In this document: piece after piece, positions 10,121-21,186 of the stretch
Layout of the letters: each line of letters begins with the position of its first letter
How positions within the stretch are numbered: position 1 is the first letter of the stretch
DNA from: a virus
Length of the DNA stretch: 64,000 nucleotides
Strand: one strand, 5' to 3'
Virus record (IMG/VR): IMGVR_UViG_3300048672_000475
Span: 1-64,000 of that record
Notes under the pieces: generated by a model
Databases searched by the model: none
The model's input: the letters and a program-made list of their open reading frames with translations, nothing else
Told to the model about the DNA's origin: nothing
Translations under genes and position numbers: made by a program

Positions 10121-10831
10121 CGCGTGTACCTGTTACGGTGGTGTAGTCGGTGTACTTTCGCTCGTACGACATAACAGCTACCGCAAAATGGTAGTAGCCG
10201 TCTAGCTTAAACGACCTCAAAATTATACCGAGCAGAACGTGAATGAATACGTCCGCTACCCTAAGAGCGGCTAGGAATACGCAACCGTAGCCGATGTACT
10301 GAAAAGCTAACTCGCTCATTTCTCCCCCTTTTTAAATCCGTGTTGCTTTACGTGCAGATACGCCGCGCCGCCGTACACTAATGCGCCCAGCAACTCGCGT
10401 TCAAAAGCTTCCTGGTCGTCTTTGCCGCAGGCTTCTTGGGCTTTCTTAACCATCTGGAATATCAGCCCACCTACACCGGTATGCTTCGATATTTGAAATA
10501 TAGGCTGCTCTAAGAAAGGAACTACCGACCCGCCATGCCGCATACCTTTACCTTCTGTTTGCTGCTTTACAGCATCGCCAAAAGCTTCGTACAGCGGGTG
10601 GCTGTAGTCCATGATCTTAGCTACTACATCGGTAGCGGATTCGACTTTTTCTCGCTTAAACGCGTGTTGTCTTTCTAGCCAATAATCTGATTTCATTTTT
10701 TCTCCTGGTATTTTAGGTGCGAAGTGTGGACGACCACCCTGAGCTATGCAATCGAGGCATGGAGGGTTAGTACCCACCGCATCGTTATGCCGGCACAGCG
10801 CGCACGCTCTTTCGCTACTCATAGGTACCAA
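10110..10831 (-). CDS. Two hypothetical genes (10110-10319 membrane protein; 10316-10831 helical protein with N-terminal CxxC pairs)
   Basis: Coupled ORFs in the operon. Confidence 0.6.
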
Positions 10832-11655
10832 ACCCTAAAATCAAATAGTTTCTCTGTAGCACAGCCAGCCGCATTTCTATGACCGCCTCCGCCGTAACGT
10901 TTAGCAACAACCGAAACATCTATACCAGAATCGATTGACCGGAAAGAATATTGCCATTCGTTGCGCGACCCGTCAAATGAGTACACCAATCCGCATACGC
11001 CTGATTTTTCAGCTAACTTGTTCCCGAGTTCAGAGGCGTATTTCGAGGGCGCGTTGACGGCCAGCCCAATTTTAGGCGACTCGATGGTGCTTGCGATATT
11101 TATGGGGTGCGCTTTCTTCATAAGGTCTTCTACTTCAGTATCAAATTGCTGGTTGAGCACTCGGCCTATGTGGATTAAGTCCGAGTACCCAAGGTTCATG
11201 CCCTCCTGCCAGTCTTTAAAAGTCATGGGTACTGTTCGTAAGCCAGCGCAAAAGTCTTTTGTTTCCGGAAGTTTAAACAGCCATAAATCCCTATCCTGAA
11301 CAGCCGATACGAAATATGGCGTTCGTTCGCCTGGGTAGAAATAATCAAAAGTCAATCCACAGCCCGATTTCTCCATATCAAAGATAGCGAAAGGCAAACC
11401 ACTTAAATCAGCTTGCGCAGTCTTATGGTGATCTAGCACCAGTAAGCTGTTCGCTTTTTCTGACATACGGATGAGCGTTTCTCTCGGATATGAAAAATCC
11501 AGAACGTAAGCCTCTTTCCCGGTTACGTCAGGCGGCTCGTTTCCATAATGCGCTGGAATGTATTCAGCCTCGTCGCCGAATTTCATCCATGCTACGTAGG
11601 CCGATGCAAAACCGTCCAAGCAATTAGCGTGGTATATAACCATTTTATCTTTCAT
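10819..11655 (-). CDS. DHH/DHHA1 phosphoesterase
   Basis: YHANCLDG, LDFS, LDHHKT, DRDLW, GGGGHRNAAG. Confidence 0.9.
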   Translation of the reverse strand: MKDKMVIYHANCLDGFASAYVAWMKFGDEAEYIPAHYGNEPPDVTGKEAYVLDFSYPRETLIRMSEKANSLLVLDHHKTAQADLSGLPFAIFDMEKSGCGLTFDYFYPGERTPYFVSAVQDRDLWLFKLPETKDFCAGLRTVPMTFKDWQEGMNLGYSDLIHIGRVLNQQFDTEVEDLMKKAHPINIASTIESPKIGLAVNAPSKYASELGNKLAEKSGVCGLVYSFDGSRNEWQYSFRSIDSGIDVSVVAKRYGGGGHRNAAGCATEKLFDFRVWYL

Positions 11656-11670
11656 CTTTTTCTCCAGTTG

Positions 11671-12021
11671 TTAATGTTTTATTTTTGGCGCAAGTAGCAA
11701 TTCCATATGCCCTGCTAGTGTGGCGAGGATATCCGCTATCATGCCTATCGCTTCTTTCGCGTCGTCCGCTAAAACTAAGTCATGTTCTTTTAGCGTAGTC
11801 AGTAGTACGCCGAATTGCAGGATGCTGTACTCGGACATTATCACCATCTGACGAAGCTGGCCATCGCCACCCATAAGGGTATTAAGCTGTCTCAGTTCGG
11901 ATAGCCCGCACTGCTGAACATATTCTGCCAATTCCTCCGATAGCTCTTCCGGCAGGTTTTTGGAGATCTCGGCTATCGAGTACTCCTGGCTATCCTCGTA
12001 TTCGTAATAATCTTCTTCCAC
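11671..12021 (-). CDS. Acidic hypothetical protein
   Basis: 116 aa ORF in operon orientation. Confidence 0.55.
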   Translation of the reverse strand: MEEDYYEYEDSQEYSIAEISKNLPEELSEELAEYVQQCGLSELRQLNTLMGGDGQLRQMVIMSEYSILQFGVLLTTLKEHDLVLADDAKEAIGMIADILATLAGHMELLLAPKIKH

Positions 12022-12100
12022 TATTTTAGCCTACTCTGACCATTTCAAATTCCTCCAGTACGGTCCCCGCTAAGCCTTTACCTAGCGGGGCGCATAGTTA

Positions 12101-12733
12101 CTAGCGGTCCCGGTTGCGATGCTTCCGAGGTGTAGGTACGGGCGACGGAGTAGCTGTCGGAACCGGAGTTGGCACTACAATAGGCGTTGCGGTAACGTCA
12201 AGGTTATATAGGTCAAACGCACCTCGAAACGAGTATACATGCAGATAAACAACGTCTTGCATATCCACAAAGGTAAACGAAGTCGTGGCACCTGGAAACT
12301 GATAGGTTAGCGATGATCCATCGGACTTAACGGCGTCCACTACCCACTGATTTATCTTCTGATCTGCTGGGGTAGCGTAGGATTTAACGGATAGGCTATT
12401 TAGGGTAAAGGGCGCAGCATCTTTCTGCATAACGTACGCATGCGCTTGGCTTGACGTACTAGCCGCGATATTACCGACCCGAACCGCATTGGCGGCAATC
12501 GTAGCGGCGGATGCGGTAAAAATACCCGCATCGCAGAACGAGGTGCTGATGATAGAGGTGTCGATGACGAAATCCGCATTCAGCACTTCACAGGTTGAGG
12601 GTATAAAATCCAGTACATTAGCAGGTGGCTGTGGCGTAGCGGATACCGGCAGCGTAGCGTCAAAGGGGATTACGGTGGCTTGCGACAATAATGGCGCAGC
12701 GAGTAGTACAAGGGTTAACATCAGCTTTTTCAT
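12101..12733 (-). CDS. Exported protein with Pro/Thr-rich tail and basic C-terminus
   Basis: Signal peptide MKKLMLTLVLLAAPLLSQA; ends VPTPVPTATPSPVPTPRKHRNRDR; GGAGG RBS. Confidence 0.75.
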   Translation of the reverse strand: MKKLMLTLVLLAAPLLSQATVIPFDATLPVSATPQPPANVLDFIPSTCEVLNADFVIDTSIISTSFCDAGIFTASAATIAANAVRVGNIAASTSSQAHAYVMQKDAAPFTLNSLSVKSYATPADQKINQWVVDAVKSDGSSLTYQFPGATTSFTFVDMQDVVYLHVYSFRGAFDLYNLDVTATPIVVPTPVPTATPSPVPTPRKHRNRDR

Positions 12734-12861
12734 TTAGCCTCCTGGCTAGGTTATGGGTAAATCAATTATTGGCTATAGGATTACAGCCATTCTTCAAAAA
12801 TATGGTCTACGGCAGCATCCACTTTGCGGCAAGCGCGGGTTACTTTTTGCGTTATAAGGCT

Positions 12862-13677
12862 TTACGTATTCTTGTCGGCGCAATCATCGTGGTGTATTTC
12901 TTTGATTACAAAAATTTCACCAGTTTCCGTGTCCTTAGCACAAATAAGTTCGGTACTGCCGTCTTTGAATGACCTAATGTCCAGTTTTCTACCAACTAAG
13001 TCATCGAGTTTGAGTGTTTTAATATCTATATTTTTAAACATAATTTCCTCTTTCAAATCAATAGCTTCTAACGCTATATCCGCCATTGCAATACGAATTG
13101 ATTACCTATTATATTCCTCCAATTAACCCGGCGTCGGCTGCGCACTCAAAACCTTCCGCATCTTCTTCGGGCCGGTTAAAAAATTCTGCGAATTTAGCTA
13201 CATTTGCGTCAACCAACTCTTGTTCTTCTGTGGTCAACGGGATTGTTTCAGGCGGAGTAGCTCGCCAAGTTAGCCAGTTGCCAAAATGGTTGTCTCGGCA
13301 CCAGTCCTCCGCCGACTCGTCAAAGTTAGCAAACCACGCGACTATCTCGCCATTTACTAATACCGCTGTACCATTGCTCATTTCAATCGTCTCCGTTTTA
13401 TTACTCGCTGCTTAAGGTAGCGCAGCTTAACATCCCATTCTCCCCAGTAATCTACGCGATGTTCTATAACGTATACGACACTGACCCATATCTTTTCCCC
13501 AACTTTTAACTTATAGGCTGCATCTGGGCAGGGTAGCGAATCAGTGGATAAACAGCTCCAAGTTTCTTCCTCGTAATACCCGTCCCGCCCTCCGGACTGG
13601 ACATGAACGGATACGTCAAACGGCACCCACTTAGAATCGAGCTTCTCAATTATGATTAGAGCTTTTCCTTTAATCAC
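12862..13677 (-). CDS. Three small hypothetical genes (12862-13086, 13109-13381, 13378-13677)
   Basis: Closely packed or coupled ORFs. Confidence 0.6.
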
Positions 13678-15092
13678 TTCAAATTCCTCCGCGCTAGTCC
13701 GGCTTTCAAAGCGTCCTCGATGGACAGTTTTTCGTCAATTCGCCGTAAGATGTCTTCGTCTACCGTATTGCGGCAGATGATTTGGTGGATAAAAACAGGC
13801 CGATCTAATCCGGCCTGGAATTGGCGCACCTTACCTATACGCGCGATCACTTGTGACCGGGTTTCTCCGTTCCAATCCACACTGAAAAAACACAGGATGT
13901 TGGTAACGTTTTGGAATCCGTCAATACCATGCCCCGCACTATCGGGGTGTAAAAACAAGATTGGAACTAACCCGGCACGGAAATCATCCTCCGTTTTCTT
14001 CTTCGTGTCAAGTGCTTTTCCACTCGGAAACGCCTTTTTTAGCCTCGCTAGGTCCGATTTGAACTTGTACACCACGATGACCGGCATCCCGGCGGCTTCT
14101 TCGATAATGGATTGCAGGGCTTCAATCTTTGCATCGTGGATTTCTTCATAACTACCTTTGTCGTCCCAATAGATTGCACCGTTGGCAATTTGATGGCACT
14201 TCTGGCTTTTGGCAGCGGCAGTATAAGCCTCCACCTCGCCAGCTTCTATAATGGTGTAAAGTTTTTTCTCCATTTCCCTGTAATGCTTCTGTCCTTTCTC
14301 GGGCATATCGACGAATACGGTATTGACTATTTCTTCGCCTAAATCGAGGTAGTCTTCCGCGCGTAGCGTAAAGGTAGTAGGGGCTATCGCTTTACGGATT
14401 TCGACCTCCGCATAGGGTAGCAACTCTTTATCGTAGCCGTTGTAACCAATCTTATACCAACGGTCCTCGAACGCTGAGAATGACGAACCTAAAGCTTCAC
14501 CTTTGTCTACAAAGAAATGCTGAGGCCATAAATCCTTTAGGCCATTTGGCGCTGGCGTACCCGTTAGCAGAATTACTCTTCTAGTCTTAGTGAAAAGTTG
14601 TTTGGCTATAGCCGCTATCCTCGTCCCTCCCGTACAGACTAGGTACTTCGTGCCATCACTTTTTGCGCGGAAATGGCTACGATGCGATTTGAGCTTGGTA
14701 CTTTCATCAAATACTACTGTTCGGAACGGCCATCCGGTGCCTAGTTCTTCGGCCAGCCATTTTAAATTCTCGTAATTGATCGTATAAAAATCGGCGTGCG
14801 TTCGTAACGCTATCTCGCGCTGTTTCCTATCACCTACGATAGCTGATATCGTATAATGCTGAAGGTGACTCCACTTCAGCAGTTCATTGCGCCACGTATC
14901 TCTGGCTACCCTCAGCGGCGCAACGATAAGCACTTTGCTATCGTCACCCAACAATTTGAGGGTATCTAAGGCATTTAGTGTCGATACGCTTTTACCAAGA
15001 CCCATATCCACATGACACGCTACCCTTTGATTTTGGATGATGAAATCCGTAAGCGCGTTCTGGTAGGCGCGGGGCGTAAATTCCCTACTCAC
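13674..15092 (-). CDS. SNF2-like SF2 helicase
   Basis: DMGLGKS, VVFDEST, LLTGTPAPN, SAGHGID, QVIARI; probable GTG start at 15092. Confidence 0.92.
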   Translation of the reverse strand: MSREFTPRAYQNALTDFIIQNQRVACHVDMGLGKSVSTLNALDTLKLLGDDSKVLIVAPLRVARDTWRNELLKWSHLQHYTISAIVGDRKQREIALRTHADFYTINYENLKWLAEELGTGWPFRTVVFDESTKLKSHRSHFRAKSDGTKYLVCTGGTRIAAIAKQLFTKTRRVILLTGTPAPNGLKDLWPQHFFVDKGEALGSSFSAFEDRWYKIGYNGYDKELLPYAEVEIRKAIAPTTFTLRAEDYLDLGEEIVNTVFVDMPEKGQKHYREMEKKLYTIIEAGEVEAYTAAAKSQKCHQIANGAIYWDDKGSYEEIHDAKIEALQSIIEEAAGMPVIVVYKFKSDLARLKKAFPSGKALDTKKKTEDDFRAGLVPILFLHPDSAGHGIDGFQNVTNILCFFSVDWNGETRSQVIARIGKVRQFQAGLDRPVFIHQIICRNTVDEDILRRIDEKLSIEDALKAGLARRNLK

Positions 15093-15645
15093 CTCTTTTA
15101 TACCCTGAAAACTCCCCATATACCAGGTAGTTCAACTCTTTAGCTATCTCTATGGCTCGTTCTAGCGTAACACATCTGCGATATATGATTTTCTTACGGT
15201 TCTTATCGTAAACCCTAATCCTGTACGTCCCTCTGTCATTATCCAGATGCACGTTTCTGAAGCCCGTCCCGTTAGACCTTCTAGCCGCCGTATTCCCCAT
15301 ATTTTGTGATTGGGTGGCCATCCTTAAGTTATCAGGTTTATTGTTTAGCGGGTTGCCGTCTTTATGGTCTATGCCACCCTCCGGGTCCAGCCCATGAAGT
15401 ATTTTCCATATCACGCGATGGGCTAAGTAATTCTTCCCGGCCATAACCACGCAATAGTACCCTTTATTGTTCGTATGCGTTACCTGCCTTCCTGCGAATT
15501 GTTTGAACGATAAATAGGTGTTTGAATTAGGAAAATGGTGCCTAGGTCTATATTTCCAAGTTAGCATTCCCGTATCGGTGTCGTAGTCAAAACACTCGTT
15601 TAGGTATTCAACATCCGGTAATTTTTTTATTTCACCTTTCGCCAC
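15085..15645 (-). CDS. HNH homing endonuclease
   Basis: AHRVIW...IDHKDGNPLNNKPDNLR; GGAG RBS favours GTG at 15645. Confidence 0.88.
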   Translation of the reverse strand: MAKGEIKKLPDVEYLNECFDYDTDTGMLTWKYRPRHHFPNSNTYLSFKQFAGRQVTHTNNKGYYCVVMAGKNYLAHRVIWKILHGLDPEGGIDHKDGNPLNNKPDNLRMATQSQNMGNTAARRSNGTGFRNVHLDNDRGTYRIRVYDKNRKKIIYRRCVTLERAIEIAKELNYLVYGEFSGYKRGE

Positions 15646-15969
15646 AATCTCAGTCTCCAAATAAAAAAGCCCGCCATCGGGTAGCACAGGACGCAAATAG
15701 TCCAACCAATGACGGGCCTTCTTAAAAATTAGTTATTTGCTTTAGGGTGCTACGCCTTGCGAAGAAGTATATCAGAAATAGGCTTTAGCTTTGAAACAGT
15801 AATACCACAGGCCACAAAATAGCGACCATAATTATCGCGCCTACCTTAGATTTGCGCTCCTGCCGTTCCAGGTCAGGAAATAGCGCCTTGAAGCGCTCCC
15901 AAAAGAATACGCCGATAGCGATGCCGGTGAGCCCATAGAAAGCCCAAAATAGGGTTAGCGACATGCCCA

Positions 15970-17007
15970 CTACTCGCCAAAAAACATCGTGCTGCTGATC
16001 ATATACTCGATCCAAACTCTAGCGGATGCTAGGTTAGCTTTCTGCAGGCTAAGCCAGTTTACATGCGTTATATGCTTGCGGTTACCCGTCCAGATATCCA
16101 GCAGCCTATCGGAAATGTTTTTTCCGTCTGTAGGGAAAGCGTAGCAGTTAGGTAATATAAACCCTATGCTATCCGATACGATTACCGGTACGAACTCGTT
16201 GACGGAATCAGCAGCCACGATATTAAATGTTTCGGTGAACGATACCTGCATGTTGATATCCATACTTCCGATAACGGCCAAAAACTCGCTCCGTGGTAGC
16301 CATTTGTGCTCTACTAATACCCTGTCTGGGGTGTCGCTAAATAGCGCCCGTAGATTTTTTAGCACGTTGCAGCCTTTCTGCTCGACCCTGGAACTGTTGA
16401 TGTGAAACTCCAGTTTCTTTCCGATGGTAGCTGCAAAACGGATAGCCGCAATAGCCTGGATCAATTGGTTCTTCAACGGGCGTATGGCACCGAAACAACC
16501 TATCCTTACCGTAGTGTCGTCCGTAGTGCCTATGTGCGCCGTAGGCGGCTCGAATTGGTAGTAGTTGGGCAGGTACACCAGTTTATGCTCTGGTATTACG
16601 GCGCGTAGATCGTCCATGCAAAGCCTTGAATTAGGTGCTACCCGGACATTACCAAATTTAGCGTAACCTTTAATCCAATCTATAGCGATGCCCTCGTTAG
16701 CTAAAAAAGGTACGTTACTGTGAATGCGTACGACCCATTTAACCATTGGGTGCAGCTTTTGTAATACCTCGAATTTAGACGGTACTACCCACAGGGCTTC
16801 GATAAATACATGAGTTGGCTTATAGCTCGCAACTTCACCATCGATGCTGTTATTGTCCACAACCTCTACTACTTTTGACTCGATGCCCATGTGTTCGAGC
16901 ATATCGGAGACAAACTTGGCCGAATTGTAAAGACCCGAGGTAAACCCTATTGGGTAAGAAGGCTCGCCGTAATTACATCTTCGTTTAAGGATAAAAAGTG
17001 TTTTCAT
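15970..17007 (-). CDS. GT-B fold (family 4-like) glycosyltransferase
   Basis: FGAIRPLKN, VSFTETFNIVAAD, PVIVS; ATGA-coupled start at 17007. Confidence 0.75.
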   Translation of the reverse strand: MKTLFILKRRCNYGEPSYPIGFTSGLYNSAKFVSDMLEHMGIESKVVEVVDNNSIDGEVASYKPTHVFIEALWVVPSKFEVLQKLHPMVKWVVRIHSNVPFLANEGIAIDWIKGYAKFGNVRVAPNSRLCMDDLRAVIPEHKLVYLPNYYQFEPPTAHIGTTDDTTVRIGCFGAIRPLKNQLIQAIAAIRFAATIGKKLEFHINSSRVEQKGCNVLKNLRALFSDTPDRVLVEHKWLPRSEFLAVIGSMDINMQVSFTETFNIVAADSVNEFVPVIVSDSIGFILPNCYAFPTDGKNISDRLLDIWTGNRKHITHVNWLSLQKANLASARVWIEYMISSTMFFGE

Positions 17008-17760
17008 CGTGTAGCCTTTATAAGTGGGGGTTGGCCTTCTTTCAAATTCCAATCGTACTGCTTGCCGCAGTCCGGACAGACTTTCTTGTTGAACGACCGG
17101 TAGTGGATGATGGGCGCTTTGCAGCACGGTGTTACTGATGCTAGTTCTTCTAGCTGCGCCGCGCGAGCTTTAGCTTTTATTTCATCGGCATCGGGCCGGC
17201 CTAAATCTTCCCAAACATTTCCGCTACTGGCGTACACGGGTATTTCCTCGGTCATCTCCATCCTCGGGCCTCTCTTCTGAGTTTCTTACATTTGCCGGTG
17301 TAGGGGGTATCGAATACCGGCTTACAAGGTTCTAGTTCTGGCACCGGCACCGGTTCGATAACAAAGGTCGAACTCTCTTCCCAGTATACGAGTTCGCCTT
17401 CGCGTAACCCCACACCCTCGTAGTCAGAATCCTTGCCGCCGTACTCTAGTTCTAAAGCTTGCGACGCCTCAAGTAATTCAAAGAATCTATTACTCCCCAT
17501 AGGGGCCGCTATTAACGTAACTTTTGTAGTCATTTGTCATCCAGCTATACGGCCTTGATAGGCACCGATACTTTTATACCGGTTATAACAATGGCTCGCC
17601 CTAGTCCTACTGGAGCCCCAAAGCTTTGGCTAAGCATAAATTCCCCGTCTCTATAGAGGGAAAAGGTAAACCCATCTCCCACTTGGTTAGGTGCGATCCT
17701 TATCTCATCACCCTCTGCCACAACAGCGGGCATATTTGCGGTATTAAATCTTATGGGCAT
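17004..17760 (-). CDS. Three small hypothetical genes (17004-17261 Zn-ribbon, 17252-17533, 17545-17760)
   Basis: Coupled ORFs; PCC...CPDC in the first. Confidence 0.6.
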
Positions 17761-18068
17761 TATCGTTCTCCAGTTTTCAATAATTTAACTATCGCATCCA
17801 CGTCAGCTTTGGTATTGGCGACGTAGCACTCGAAGCCTAATTCCAGCAACCGCCTCGCTGCGCGTTCTTGTTCTTCCCGCAAAGCTTTGCCGGGACGTTT
17901 CAACTCCACGAATACGCATCGACCACGGGGGAGTAGGCATATTCTATCGGGTTCCGAGCGGCGTATTTCGTATTTGTGAATCTGCGCTCCGGGGAACGCA
18001 GCTTCCATTTCTTTGACGAAATACTCTTCAATTTTGATTTCTTTTGGCGATCTACTCATGCCTATCAC
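17760..18068 (-). CDS. VRR-NUC domain nuclease
   Basis: E..IE, PDRI, FVELKRPG, EQ. Confidence 0.88.
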   Translation of the reverse strand: MIGMSRSPKEIKIEEYFVKEMEAAFPGAQIHKYEIRRSEPDRICLLPRGRCVFVELKRPGKALREEQERAARRLLELGFECYVANTKADVDAIVKLLKTGER

Positions 18069-18275
18069 AACGCGGTTTTGTTAATTCTACAGTACCGTCG
18101 TAATATTCGACGATTTTTCCAGTAAGTAGCAGGTAGTTAATCCCGCTATTGGCAATCGTGCCGCTGTATGGGCGTAAGCGGGTGCGGATTTCGTGCTTGT
18201 GCAGCGGGCCTGATTCAGCCAGCATGCGTGTAACGAGCAGCATTACACGGCTTGAGTCCCTATGTTTGCTGCCAG

Positions 18276-19025
18276 TCATACCAAATCCCCCATCGCCGCG
18301 ACAGCAATTCGCTGTTCTGCTATTTTGAAATAGGTTTCATCTTTCTCAATGCCTATGAATTTCCGATTTGTATTAACGCAGGCTACTCCCGTAGTTCCGC
18401 TACCCATACAGTTATCCAGAACGACCTCACCTTCATTGGTGTAAGTACGAATCAGGTATTCGCATAATGTCACTGGCTTTTGTGTTGGGTGCAGCCCAAC
18501 TTCTGTGTTGAATTTTTGTACGCTCCTGGGCGCACGTAAGTTGGGGTCGATAAAGCCTGTGTCGGTTCCTACTAACCCGTTCATGACCTCTCTTTTTCCA
18601 GTGTTCGAAGCGTTTATTTTGTACCCCGCTCTCGACTTGCCGCCTTCAGCACGCTCCTGCTTTATTGGATTGTATTGCGTGCGCCCCTCACAGAAAACAA
18701 GCACGTTCTCATGCTCTTTCATGGGCATGTATTTCGTTGTTGCGAAATTACTGCCGCGATTCTTCTCCCATATCCATTCGTACTTGAACCACCTTGGGTT
18801 ACTTAACACCAGTGCAGAGGTGAACGGCTGAGAACCAAACAACACAACAGCGCCATTTCGATTAAGGACCCGCTTATACTGCACCCACAACGACTCGAAC
18901 GGTATTAAGGTATCCCATTTGCAGGCTGTAGTACCATAGGGCAAATCGCACAAAATCATATCTACCGAACCATCTGGTATGGATTTCATTGCTTCTAGGC
19001 AGTCGCCATGCTGTAAATCAATCAT
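18276..19025 (-). CDS. N4/N6 DNA methyltransferase, beta class
   Basis: DLPY, HPTQKP, VLDNCMGSGTT, GIE. Confidence 0.92.
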   Translation of the reverse strand: MIDLQHGDCLEAMKSIPDGSVDMILCDLPYGTTACKWDTLIPFESLWVQYKRVLNRNGAVVLFGSQPFTSALVLSNPRWFKYEWIWEKNRGSNFATTKYMPMKEHENVLVFCEGRTQYNPIKQERAEGGKSRAGYKINASNTGKREVMNGLVGTDTGFIDPNLRAPRSVQKFNTEVGLHPTQKPVTLCEYLIRTYTNEGEVVLDNCMGSGTTGVACVNTNRKFIGIEKDETYFKIAEQRIAVAAMGDLV

Positions 19026-19424
19026 ACCTGGCCCTCAATCAAATGGTCGGCCATGCTACTAATTTGCCTCGGCGTCGCTTTCTCCATGCGCTCGTACATC
19101 TTCCGCATGCTGCCGACTTTACGGTGCTTAGCGCGGCGAAAAACTTCTTTGTAACTGCCGCCCAACTCCATCGCGACGCAAGCTTCGTACATGGTGTCGG
19201 CTAGCTCTTTGACTTGATCAGGCTTCAGCCTGAACACAGCGGCTTGTAAACTCATTCTTTATCCTCCAAAAATCCTAAGCAGGTTTCGGCTTCGGGTAGC
19301 TTTAGCGACGACGTGTAGCTTCTTAAAGCGTAATCGTGCTCGTTATCTACGGCCATCGTCAGATACCGCTGGCATTTATACTTGTCGCTACACTTCCAGC
19401 CCAAGCAGCGAGCTACGTCTAACG

Positions 19425-19958
19425 TTAAAGGTCGTTGCATACCCTACTCCAAATTTCGGCTCTGTGGCCTCCGGCCAGATAATCTATCCGCTCTAAATCC
19501 CATTGATTCAATCGCATCGCGTCGCGTGGGAAATAAGCCACCTCGTCTGAATCGCTGATGCTCAAAGGCGGGTCTTGCAAAACCACGGTACGGTAGATGG
19601 TATCCGCCAGGGGGATAGCTTCTCGATACAGCCGTTCCCCGCCGATAACAAAGACTTCCTCGTATCGGCCTACTAACTGTAGCCAGCGTAAGGCAGTTGG
19701 CAATGAATCAGTCCACAATACACCTAGCTCCAGTTCGTACGCGTAGTTCTCCACCCTAGACGGGCTAATCACGACGTTCAATCGCCCTGGAAGCGGTTTG
19801 CTACCAAACGATTCAAAAGTTTTTCGGCCCATGATGATCGGTTTGCCCATCGTAAGCTGCTTAAAGCGTTTTAGGTCTTCGGGTATATCCCAAGGAATCT
19901 TGCCGTTGATGCCGATGATCCCTTGCAGGCTGTGCGCAACGATAATTGAGATTTTCAT
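19425..19958 (-). CDS. folA: Dihydrofolate reductase
   Basis: IGINGKIPW, EDLKRFK, IMGRKTFES, PLPGRLN, IGG. Confidence 0.95.
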   Translation of the reverse strand: MKISIIVAHSLQGIIGINGKIPWDIPEDLKRFKQLTMGKPIIMGRKTFESFGSKPLPGRLNVVISPSRVENYAYELELGVLWTDSLPTALRWLQLVGRYEEVFVIGGERLYREAIPLADTIYRTVVLQDPPLSISDSDEVAYFPRDAMRLNQWDLERIDYLAGGHRAEIWSRVCNDL

Positions 19959-20376
19959 TTAATCGCCTCGATATCAAAAGATTTCCAGAAATTAACGAGG
20001 TCCGGGTGTTCATCCTGCCACGGGGCCTTTAGCGCGTATACAATTCGCGTTAGGTCATCAATTACCATATCCCGATGCGCTAGTTCGGCAGCGATATCCG
20101 ACTTACTGTGCAGCTTTTCGGCGGTCATGGCCATTAAGTGCCGCATGTAATAATTTCCTTGGGCTATGATATCGCGTTCGGCGTAATGTTTTCTATTCAT
20201 CCCGACCTCCTAAAAACGCCAGAGCCATCCCGATTCCTAAAAATGCAGCTATGACTATCGGCGTGGTATTCGGAAAAGGCTCACAACTTGGGGTTGCCCC
20301 TACCTGAGCTATACTTATGACTACCCAAAACGTGTAGTAGCACGCGGCTAAAATTTTACTCATGGTGTTCTCCAGT

Positions 20377-21186
20377 TTATACCGCAACCGGCGCTTTGAT
20401 AGCCGCATGGTGGTGGTAGTTGATAAGTTCGAAATCTTCGACTCGGTAATCGAAAATAGAATCCGGCTTACGTTTAATCCGCAACTGCGGTAGCGGGTAC
20501 GGGGTTCTAGTAAGCTGCAATTCAGCTTGTTCTAGGTGGTTTAGATAAAGATGTACATCAACGCCGGAGTAAACCAACTCGCCTACGCCAAGATCGCATT
20601 GCTGAGCAACCATGTGCGTCAACAACGCATAACCCGCCACATTAAAAGGATTGCCTAAAAACACATCATTCGAGCGCATCGTGAAATGGCAATTCAGTTT
20701 GCCGTTGGTTACGGTAAACTGAAACATTACGTGGCACGGCGGTAATGCGGCATCGTAGATGTCCATCGGGTTCCACGCTGATACCACTAACCGTCTTGAA
20801 TCCGGGTTTTCTTTTATCTGCGCTATAACATCGGTTATCTGGTCTACCCCATCCGAATACGCGCCGAAGGGTTCTCCGCCAAAATTGCGCCACTGATAGC
20901 CGTAGATCGGACCTAACTCTCCGTCTTCAGGGTCGGCCCACTCGTTCCAGATAGTCACGCCGTTATCGGTAAGATATTTTACGTTCGTCTCTCCGGACAA
21001 CATCCAGAGCAATTCGTGAACAACGGACTTAAAGTGTATTTTCTTCGTCGTTACCAGCGGAAAGCCTTTTGCTAAATCGAACCGCATTTGCCGGCCAAAT
21101 ACGCTGAGCGTACCCGTACCGGTGCGGTCGCCTTTCTGAACACCGTTCTGCATAACGTCTTCGAGCAAATTGAGGTACTGTTTCAT
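20377..21186 (-). CDS. thyA: Thymidylate synthase
   Basis: [28 protein letters not shown]-terminal AV. Confidence 0.97.
   Translation of the reverse strand: MKQYLNLLEDVMQNGVQKGDRTGTGTLSVFGRQMRFDLAKGFPLVTTKKIHFKSVVHELLWMLSGETNVKYLTDNGVTIWNEWADPEDGELGPIYGYQWRNFGGEPFGAYSDGVDQITDVIAQIKENPDSRRLVVSAWNPMDIYDAALPPCHVMFQFTVTNGKLNCHFTMRSNDVFLGNPFNVAGYALLTHMVAQQCDLGVGELVYSGVDVHLYLNHLEQAELQLTRTPYPLPQLRIKRKPDSIFDYRVEDFELINYHHHAAIKAPVAV

Noticed and set aside
20377-21186. Base-modifying thymidylate synthase homologue
   Set aside because: Canonical ThyA residues and an adjacent FolA indicate ordinary dTMP synthesis
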